Source: Endomicrobiales bacterium (GTDB lineage Bacteria > Elusimicrobiota > Endomicrobiia > Endomicrobiales > JALOBY01). From it: a stretch of DNA of 64,000 bases. The position numbers and the translations under genes were made by a program. The notes beneath the pieces are model-generated. The model was not told the origin of the DNA, did no database searches, and was given only the letters and a program-made list of their open reading frames with translations. Shown piece by piece: positions 56,837-64,000 of the stretch; the stretch's first letter is position 1; each line of letters begins with the position of its first letter. Location of the stretch: assembly GCA_963796955.1 (NCBI GenBank), contig CAWCNJ010000005.1:160001-224000 (forward strand). The letters run 5' to 3'.

Positions 56837-57742
56837 TTAATGGAAGTAGTCGCGGGCGCCGGTGTCTTTTGAGGAGTTCAGGAGCGGCAGAATAAAGGCA
56901 TTATATTTTGCTTCCGTGCTTGTCGGGTACTCATTGAGTATCTGCTGGTACAGGCGGATCGCGTTGTCGCGGGCGGCTGGGCCCTGCCGGGCGAAATAGC
57001 CGGAGCGCACGGCGGTGAAATCCAAACCGAGTGCGTCCAGCTGCGGGGCGGGGATAACAGAGAGGCACCACAAAGTGTCGTAGGCGCGCGCCAGCGAATA
57101 AAGCGCTTCCAGTCTATAGCGTGTGTCGGGGTGATCGTTCAAAAACCTGGGGATCTCAACAATAACTACTTCCGCGAAACAATTGTGCGGCGGCAGGTCC
57201 ATGAAGGCAGATTCCTTGCGGTAATCGCTTTCCGTCGGTGAATTAAGAAGGTCGATAAAACCTTTCTGTCCCCACATCGTACCGGTGAAATGTTCGCTGA
57301 GCGTGATAAGCGGCGGGTCCACCAACCGGTTTGCCGGATCCTTGTCATACGATATCCCGAATTTCTTAAGTTCCTCCGCGCCGTTGACAGTGGTGTATGC
57401 GGGAAAGCCGAGCGACAACAGGTAATACGCGGCGGCTGTCCTCTCGTCCGATAATGAAGCGCCGTAACAGGTGTTCAATAATTGCAGTAAATCTCCGCTT
57501 GTGGCACGCGGGTTCCCGCACAAGGAGCCTTTTGCCTCGGACAATAGCCGGGCCCGTTCGGCACCCCTCACAAAATATTTCTCCTGCAGGGCATGTTTCA
57601 GCCCGCCTTTGATCCTGGCCGTATCGTTTTGCGGCGCGGCCGGTATTGTCTGCGGTCTTTGCGGAGCCATGGTCTGGCATCCAACAAGAAATGCCGCAAA
57701 CAGCGCACAGCCTAAAGGTAAAAAAATACTTTTTGTATTCAT
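56837..57742 (-). CDS. Hypothetical lipoprotein with TPR-like C-terminus
   Basis: Lipobox LVGC; EALYSLARAY, ILNEYPTS. Confidence 0.7.
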   Translation of the reverse strand: MNTKSIFLPLGCALFAAFLVGCQTMAPQRPQTIPAAPQNDTARIKGGLKHALQEKYFVRGAERARLLSEAKGSLCGNPRATSGDLLQLLNTCYGASLSDERTAAAYYLLSLGFPAYTTVNGAEELKKFGISYDKDPANRLVDPPLITLSEHFTGTMWGQKGFIDLLNSPTESDYRKESAFMDLPPHNCFAEVVIVEIPRFLNDHPDTRYRLEALYSLARAYDTLWCLSVIPAPQLDALGLDFTAVRSGYFARQGPAARDNAIRLYQQILNEYPTSTEAKYNAFILPLLNSSKDTGARDYFH

Positions 57743-57835
57743 ATAACGATTATAACCCTTTCCTGCGTCCCATTGCAAGCGCCTTGTATTAATTCTACTT
57801 ACATTGTATACTGGTGGCGAAACGAAGGGTTACCA

Positions 57836-58804
57836 ATGACGAAGCGATCTATTTTGCGATGTAGTTATTTTCTGGGCGTGCTGCTTTGTGCTTGTTCGGT
57901 TGCGTCGCACGCGGACCTTGGCGTTGAAAATACCCAGGGGCCCGGTTCGTACCAGGACAGCGTATTAAACCTCGATGCGGATCTGACAAACCAATTAAAT
58001 TTTGCAATTGGTTATGAGCAGGCAGCCAGTTCTACCTCAACTTCCGGGGACATTACTAAAACCTACACCGCCGCTCTTACCTTCAAGCCGCTTGGGCACT
58101 ATTCATTCGGTCTGAATGGTTCTAACTCGCCTGAAATGAACGACGCCAGATCGACCGGCTGGGGCGCAAATTTTTCGTACACCAGCGCAATGCCGGAAAT
58201 CAGTTCAGATACCGTTGCTGCCGGCGAGAAAGAAGCCGGGCCTGAAAACTTCACCTGGGGCTTTTCGGCGGCATATGGAGCAAATATTTTGGGTGAATAT
58301 ATCGATTACAACACTTATCAGAAAAAGTCATTAAGAAAGGGCAAGTTTATTCTTCTCGCAGTCGACCACTCAGACTGGTACTCACTGAAGCAAACAGTAT
58401 GCAGCCCCGGCCTCACTTGTACTCTTTTCCAACTGATCGATCTCAACGCCGGCTATTCACGCTATTCTTACGATAAGGACATTGGTATATTTTCGCAGCG
58501 GTTGACGAGGTTATCCGGATCAAAAGGCGTGAAGAACGCGAACTTCGGCGCCGCTACCGGAGCAATCGACGGCTTTCCGGACAATAGTGCCTGCGCCGGT
58601 ATCGCGGTATCGCCGCTTGACTGTTTAAAACTTGAGTATGCATGGTCACGGACAGTATATGTGCTTGATCAGCCGCAGGAGGATTCGTCCACCTTCACGT
58701 TGTACTATACGGTTCTGTCAACTCTGCAATTAAAAGCCGCTTATAATATATTGTCCACGAACGTGGTGTACACAACACTCGGCTTAAAATGGTTATGGCA
58801 ATGA
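57836..58804 (+). CDS. Outer-membrane beta-barrel-like protein
   Basis: Signal peptide, alternating strands, aromatic C-terminus. Confidence 0.65.
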   Translation: MTKRSILRCSYFLGVLLCACSVASHADLGVENTQGPGSYQDSVLNLDADLTNQLNFAIGYEQAASSTSTSGDITKTYTAALTFKPLGHYSFGLNGSNSPEMNDARSTGWGANFSYTSAMPEISSDTVAAGEKEAGPENFTWGFSAAYGANILGEYIDYNTYQKKSLRKGKFILLAVDHSDWYSLKQTVCSPGLTCTLFQLIDLNAGYSRYSYDKDIGIFSQRLTRLSGSKGVKNANFGAATGAIDGFPDNSACAGIAVSPLDCLKLEYAWSRTVYVLDQPQEDSSTFTLYYTVLSTLQLKAAYNILSTNVVYTTLGLKWLWQ

Positions 58805-58934
58805 AACCTTTTTTCAATGTATGCAGTCTAAGTTGTGGTTGGCGACACTGAAAGGAGGTGAGGAGCAGTCACGCCAGGTATAGTTACATTAATAAGCGGC
58901 GGGGGAATACTGTTGTTAATCAGGAGAGATACCT

Positions 58935-59276
58935 ATGTGGAAAAAAATTTTAGCGGTCGCGGTCTGTGTGGTGTCGGTGACGGGTTCTATCGTTTTTGCG
59001 GAAACCCCGGTCATTAACGCACGGGAAAAGAACCAGATGCACCGCATTAAGCAGGGTGTAAAAAGCGGTAAATTAACAAAGGAGCAGGCCAAACAGCTTC
59101 GCTCTGAGGTCAAAGCCGACAAGCAGGAAAAGCGGGACATGATAAAGGCAAACGGCGGCAAGCCTCTTACGGCCGAGCAACGCCAGAGCCTGAAACAGAA
59201 TTTGAACCAGAGCAGCAAGCAGATCTATCAGGAAAAACACCCCGGCGCACCGGCTCCAACCGGCACCGCTCAGTAA
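58935..59276 (+). CDS. Secreted helical-repeat protein
   Basis: Signal peptide; Q..RI.QG.KSG.LT..A repeat; AGGAG RBS. Confidence 0.75.
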   Translation: MWKKILAVAVCVVSVTGSIVFAETPVINAREKNQMHRIKQGVKSGKLTKEQAKQLRSEVKADKQEKRDMIKANGGKPLTAEQRQSLKQNLNQSSKQIYQEKHPGAPAPTGTAQ

Positions 59277-59302
59277 CATCTTAGCTTAGACGATTCACCT
59301 TA

Positions 59303-59349
59303 ATACATCCATTGCGTTCAACGTCCCGAACACAATGGATGTATTTTTA
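59303..59349 (+). terminator. Intrinsic terminator
   Basis: ATACATCCATTG..CAATGGATGTAT plus T-run. Confidence 0.6.
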
Positions 59350-59449
59350 TTCGCCATGGTCATCCAGGTCAGTCACGGAGGCATGGAAGGCATTTTTTGC
59401 CGGTATGGGATTTGGTACTATTGCATATCAGCTGTAAAAGGAGGATACC

Positions 59450-59698
59450 ATGGCAAAAGCAATAGATCCGGTATGCGGTATGGAAGTGGATACGGACTCT
59501 GAATTTACCAGCGAATACAACGGGGATACGCTGTATTTCTGCTCTGAGGAAGATAAGGAAGAGTTTGATAAACATCCTGCCAGATATTATGGTAAAGAAG
59601 GTTCGGACGAGAGCGAGGAAAACGAAACAAGCAGTGCAGCCGAAGAAACAGCCAAAGCCTCCGGCGGCAAAAAGCCGGCCAAGGCAGGAAAATGGTAA
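59450..59698 (+). CDS. YHS-domain protein
   Basis: DPVCGMEV, Y.G..LYFCS, F...P..Y. Confidence 0.9.
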   Translation: MAKAIDPVCGMEVDTDSEFTSEYNGDTLYFCSEEDKEEFDKHPARYYGKEGSDESEENETSSAAEETAKASGGKKPAKAGKW

Positions 59699-59786
59699 GA
59701 ACGTAAAATTAAATATGGTTTTGGGGGCGCCCGCCATGCAGCAGTAAGGCGGGCGGCCCCGGGTGGTATCAGCGGCAACTAATAAA

Positions 59787-60371
59787 TTAGATGCCGCTGA
59801 ATTTTATTGCGAACACCAATGCAAGACCGTCCAAATCGTTGTTATGCAGGTTCTTTGTGTCGGCCCCCGAAACCAGGCGGTAATGCAGGCCCAGGTCGAA
59901 TTGAAAATGATCCGTCAGATCGACCAGGGCATTAAAGCCCGGTTCAAAAACGAAGATAGTGCTGTCGTCGCTGCTCGCCCCCGTCGTTGAATTGTGCAGC
60001 GCGGCCCTGCCGACCCCGAAAAGGCTGACTACCGAATAGTGTATCGTGTCCACGCGTTCGAAGAAATATTCTATTTCAAGGCCGCCGTACGTTAATTGAT
60101 GGTACAGCGTATCACCGGTGTCGCTGGTCCCGTTCGATTTGATGGAAGCGCCGCCCAGACCGTACAGGCCGCCCCCCAGGGCGAGTTTGTTGTCCATTAT
60201 CACGCCGCCGCGCAGGCCCGCTATAATGCCGGGATTGTTGCTGAGCGTGGTCGCGTCGACGACGGCCGCGGCATAACCGCTTTTCTCCGGGCTGGAACCC
60301 ACAAGGGATTCCTGCGCCATAACAGGCGTCACCAGCAAAAACGTGAAAATACAAATAAGAACTTTATTCAT
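59787..60371 (-). CDS. Outer-membrane beta-barrel protein
   Basis: Signal peptide, YGGLEIEY, FVFEPG, YRLVSG. Confidence 0.75.
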   Translation of the reverse strand: MNKVLICIFTFLLVTPVMAQESLVGSSPEKSGYAAAVVDATTLSNNPGIIAGLRGGVIMDNKLALGGGLYGLGGASIKSNGTSDTGDTLYHQLTYGGLEIEYFFERVDTIHYSVVSLFGVGRAALHNSTTGASSDDSTIFVFEPGFNALVDLTDHFQFDLGLHYRLVSGADTKNLHNNDLDGLALVFAIKFSGI

Positions 60372-60391
60372 ACTGCCTCCAGTTAATTAAG

Positions 60392-61339
60392 TTAAACAGC
60401 CGCGGTCACCCGTCTGGGAAATTGCATTGCCCGGTTCAATAAATATTTGTTGAACCAGCGGGCGGCCTCCCCTGCCGCCTGATCGACGTACACATCCTGG
60501 TCGTAAAGGTCTATGTGGTTCGTGGTGTCTATCCAGAAGAATTCTTTCGCAATAGCAAGCCCCTCGTAAAAGTTACGGGCGTTGTCCGGCACACAGAAGT
60601 TATCGTGCGTGCCGTGTATTATCAGCGTCGGCGCCTGCATCTCTTTGGCGCTGTCCACCGCGTTAAACCTTAACAATCTTTCATATCCCATGACCGCGAA
60701 CCGGTTAACGTAGTTCGGCGAATAACCCCTGGCCGTGCCGTAATACAGGAAAGGTTCTTCCGTGGGCATGGCGGCATTCGTGTCCGCGGGGTCCTTTGTC
60801 ACCGCCTGTATATATTCCACCTCGCCGCTTTTCTGGAACTTTCCTTCCGCCGTTCTGGACCGTGCGATGATCTTGTTATAATCTTCTTCGCCAAGCCAGG
60901 TCAGCATCGCCTTCGGGTCGTGGTAGCAGCCGGCGATGCCGACAAAAGCTTTCACGCTTTTAAGCTGTGTCAGCGCTTTCGCCATATAGCCGCCGCCGGC
61001 GCAAATGCCCACTGCCCCCACTTTCGTGTGGTCAACATCGGTGCGCATCAACAGGTACGAGACGGCGTTTTGAATGTCTTCCACCTTCTTGTCCGGTGCT
61101 TCCAGCTGCCGTGGTTCTCCTTCGCTTTCGCCGTAAAACCGGTGGTCGAACGTTAAGCAGAGATAACCGTGGGCGGCAAGCCTGCGCGCGTAGACCGCCG
61201 TTACCTGGTCTTTCAGCCCGGTCATCGGCCCGTCGAAGACCAGCGCCGGGTACTTTTTCCCTTCCCGGTATGCATCGGGAAAGAACACCAGTCCAACCAG
61301 CTTTTTTCCTTCACTTATGAATGTCACTCTTTCTTCCAT
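60392..61339 (-). CDS. Alpha/beta hydrolase
   Basis: FDHRFYGESEGEPR, GICAGGG, HGTHD, HIDLYD. Confidence 0.9.
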   Translation of the reverse strand: MEERVTFISEGKKLVGLVFFPDAYREGKKYPALVFDGPMTGLKDQVTAVYARRLAAHGYLCLTFDHRFYGESEGEPRQLEAPDKKVEDIQNAVSYLLMRTDVDHTKVGAVGICAGGGYMAKALTQLKSVKAFVGIAGCYHDPKAMLTWLGEEDYNKIIARSRTAEGKFQKSGEVEYIQAVTKDPADTNAAMPTEEPFLYYGTARGYSPNYVNRFAVMGYERLLRFNAVDSAKEMQAPTLIIHGTHDNFCVPDNARNFYEGLAIAKEFFWIDTTNHIDLYDQDVYVDQAAGEAARWFNKYLLNRAMQFPRRVTAAV

Positions 61340-61507
61340 AGCACGGCCCCCGGTAAGAATTAGTTGTAAAACATTATAGCGCTAAAAGCCGCTATGCGCG
61401 GTACGGGTATTCCATAATTCCCTGACTTATTCCCTAGAATAATTTCCCGCAATGAGCTAGAATATACCTGTAGGCGCGTTCAGGAGGATACTATCGATCT
61501 CTCCGTT

Positions 61508-62251
61508 GTGACGAATGAAGAGCTTTTGAAACTGCGGTTCCGCGACCTGGGCCTGCGCATTCAGGGCACCTGGCTTGAAGGGCGGGTAGCCGCGCTCTAT
61601 AGCGAGCTTTCTTCAAAAGGCCTTAATTTTCGCCCGCCCTGTTATCTGGCGGACGAGTGGCTCACCCCGGACAAAGAACCGGTTATCGGCATACCTTTCT
61701 ACCTGGCACACCCCCGTCTGAAAAAACTGGAACAAAAAATGATGCATGACGTGGAAGGCGGCGATCCCGCAGGCTGCATGAAACTGCTGCGCCACGAGGC
61801 CGGCCACGCGATAAACTACGCGTACCGTTTCTATCGGCGCGAAAGCTGGCGCGCCGTTTTCGGGCGTTTCGGCGCGCCGTATCCGGACCGCTACCACTAC
61901 CATCCCGCCAGCAGGAATTTTGTGCTGCACCTGGACGACGGCTACGCCCAGTATCATCCGGACGAAGATTTCGCGGAAACCTTTGCCGTCTGGCTTACCC
62001 CCGGCCTGAACTGGCGCATACGCTATGCGGGCTGGAAGGCGCTGCACAAGCTGGAGTACGTAGACGCTCTGATGCGCCGCATCGCGCACCGCCGGCCCGT
62101 TGTCGCCACAGGTTCCAAACACTGGAATATAGCCCGTCTTACCTCTCAACTGGCCACGCATTACAGAAAACGCCGGGCCTTTTACGCGGTGCCGCTGGCA
62201 GCGCCGTGTTTTGAAAAACACTGCATCAAGAGGCCGCATGAAAAAGCTTAA
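61508..62251 (+). CDS. Putative zincin metallopeptidase
   Basis: LRHEAGHA, HPDEDFAETFAVWL. Confidence 0.85.
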   Translation: MTNEELLKLRFRDLGLRIQGTWLEGRVAALYSELSSKGLNFRPPCYLADEWLTPDKEPVIGIPFYLAHPRLKKLEQKMMHDVEGGDPAGCMKLLRHEAGHAINYAYRFYRRESWRAVFGRFGAPYPDRYHYHPASRNFVLHLDDGYAQYHPDEDFAETFAVWLTPGLNWRIRYAGWKALHKLEYVDALMRRIAHRRPVVATGSKHWNIARLTSQLATHYRKRRAFYAVPLAAPCFEKHCIKRPHEKA

Positions 62252-63266
62252 GGTTTTGTTATTGCACGACGGCGAAGCGGCCATGCCTGCGGAAAAAGCG
62301 TTCGACGGTTTCAGAAAATCGCCGGAATGGAGCACCGAGATCGCCGTCTACCAGGCGCTGCAGGCACACGGCCATGCTATTTCCAGCACCGGGTTTAACA
62401 ACGACCCCGTTATATTGCTGGATACCATAAAGAAGACCGCCCCGGACGTGATATTCAACCTGGCGGAATCGTGCCTCGGCGAATACTGCCACGATCACAA
62501 CATCCCTTCGCTTTTGGAACTCGCCAGGGTGCCCTACACCGGCTGCGGCCCCATGGGGCTGATGCTCTGCAATAATAAAGCGCTGACAAAAAAAGTGCTT
62601 ACCTATCACAACATCCAGGTGCCGCAGTTTTGCGTTTATCATATAGGCGAAACCGTTAAGTTCCCGGCCGCGAATTTCGCTGCCCCGTATTTTGTTAAAC
62701 CCCTGCAGGAAGAAGCCTCCGCCGGCATATCGCAGCGCTCCTGCGCGAAAACAGGGGAGCATTGCCGCGAGCGCGTGAACTTTGTCCATCAGCATTTGCA
62801 GAAGGATGCAATGGTGGAGCAGTATATCTCCGGGCGCGAACTCTACGTCGGGCTTTTCGGCAACGGGAAGAATATAAAAGTGCTGCCGCCCTGGGAACTG
62901 AAATTCGCGAACGCCGAGGCCGACGAACCGAAGATAGCGACCTACCGCGCCAAGTGGGATGACGCCTACCGGAAAAAATGGGGGATCACCAACGAGTGTG
63001 CCGGCCCCATCGCCGAACCGGTCGCGGCGAAGATCCATGATATCTGCAAAAAAGCCTATCAGGTGCTGAACCTGGACGGCTACGCCCGTTTCGATATGCG
63101 CCTGACGAATGACGGAGAAGTATACATTATAGAAGCGAACGCCAACCCGGAGCTTGCGCGCGGCGAAGATTTCGCTGCTTCCGCAGAAAAAGACGGCATT
63201 CTCTACGAACAACTAATAGAAAAACTTCTGCACCTTGCCCTGCAAAGAACACCCCGCGCCGTCTGA
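62238..63266 (+). CDS. D-Ala-D-Ala-ligase-like ATP-grasp protein
   Basis: FNLAE, PYTG, KP..E.AS.GI, EQYISGRE, ARFDMR, EANANP. Confidence 0.88.
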   Translation: MKKLKVLLLHDGEAAMPAEKAFDGFRKSPEWSTEIAVYQALQAHGHAISSTGFNNDPVILLDTIKKTAPDVIFNLAESCLGEYCHDHNIPSLLELARVPYTGCGPMGLMLCNNKALTKKVLTYHNIQVPQFCVYHIGETVKFPAANFAAPYFVKPLQEEASAGISQRSCAKTGEHCRERVNFVHQHLQKDAMVEQYISGRELYVGLFGNGKNIKVLPPWELKFANAEADEPKIATYRAKWDDAYRKKWGITNECAGPIAEPVAAKIHDICKKAYQVLNLDGYARFDMRLTNDGEVYIIEANANPELARGEDFAASAEKDGILYEQLIEKLLHLALQRTPRAV

Positions 63267-63275
63267 AAAACGGTA

Positions 63276-64000
63276 TCAGCCGTTAATTACCTCGCCACCG
63301 TTAGGGTGCAGCACCTGCCCCGCCATGAAGGACGAATCCCGGGAAGCTAAAAAGACATACGACGGTGCTACTTCTTCCGGCTGGCCCGGCCGGTGCATGG
63401 GCGATCTTTTACCGAACTCGCTTACCTCATCGGCCGCGAAGCTTGAAGGCACCAGCGGCGTCCATACGGGCCCCGGCGCCACGGCATTCACGCGTATACC
63501 CTTCGGCAAAAGGTTGGCGGCAAGCGAGCGGGTAAATGCGACGATCGCCCCTTTGGTGGCGGAATAATCTAACAGCCTCGGACTGCCGCGATAGGCGGTG
63601 ACGGAAGCGGTATTGATAATGGTGCTTCCCTGCTTAAGGAACTTCACCGATTCCCGGACCATATAAAAATAGGAGAAAATATTCGTCTTAAAGGTCCGTT
63701 CCAGCTGCTCGTCGCTGAGGGTGCGAATATCGTCGCTAATGAATTGCACGGCGGCGTTGTTCACGAGAATATCCAGATGGCCGAATTCCGACAACGTTCT
63801 TGCCACCGCCTCTTTGCAAAAGGCCGGGTTTGCCACGTCGCCGGATGTAATGATGCATTTTCTGCCGGTCTCTTCCACCATGCTTTGCGCTTTGGCCGCG
63901 TCGGCATGCTCATTGTAATACACAATAGAGATATCCGCACCTTCCTTGGCAAAGAACAATGCCACCGAACGGCCTATGCCGCTGTCGCCGCCCGTAATAA
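63276..64000 (-). CDS. Short-chain dehydrogenase/reductase (general-stress type), 5'-partial
   Basis: ITGGDSGIG at the window edge, NNAA, YSATK, PGPVWTP. Confidence 0.9.
   Translation of the reverse strand, partial: ITGGDSGIGRSVALFFAKEGADISIVYYNEHADAAKAQSMVEETGRKCIITSGDVANPAFCKEAVARTLSEFGHLDILVNNAAVQFISDDIRTLSDEQLERTFKTNIFSYFYMVRESVKFLKQGSTIINTASVTAYRGSPRLLDYSATKGAIVAFTRSLAANLLPKGIRVNAVAPGPVWTPLVPSSFAADEVSEFGKRSPMHRPGQPEEVAPSYVFLASRDSSFMAGQVLHPNGGEVING

Noticed and set aside
62259..63212. Long antisense ORFs (also 7164-7856, 35602-36273, 52867-53601, 61613-62335)
   Set aside because: Shadows of well-supported genes on the opposite strand, with no motifs of their own.

Overview
Bacterial chromosomal window. 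A GC-rich respiratory/stress-metabolism block (1-12250) gives way to an AT-richer accessory and defence hotspot (about 12.3-52 kb) built around a tRNA-Ser(TGA) gene, followed by ordinary metabolic and envelope genes (52-64 kb). The tRNA is present once intact (18188-18275), once as a 5' half (14127-14165) and once as a 3' half (34794-34849); both halves break at the anticodon loop CTTGAAA. Its ends also carry several 100-140 bp structured mini-insertions. Cargo includes a type I R-M locus with an embedded zinc-hook ABC ATPase (RloC-like), a C5-MTase/endonuclease/Vsr locus beside a LexA-like repressor, two nucleotidyltransferase pairs, a RES-like protein, three Fic genes and two AAA_14-like ATPases. 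The strongest candidate for an undescribed system is a HUH/Y1 (RAYT-like) transposase gene bounded by perfect 24-bp terminal inverted repeats (29377-30326). Its end motif CGGTGTCAGAC, plus related GGGGTCA/GGGAC motifs, recurs at gene-cassette junctions, truncations and a duplication across 13.6-51.7 kb, suggesting HUH-driven cassette shuffling. Family names come from motif recognition only; no searches were run.
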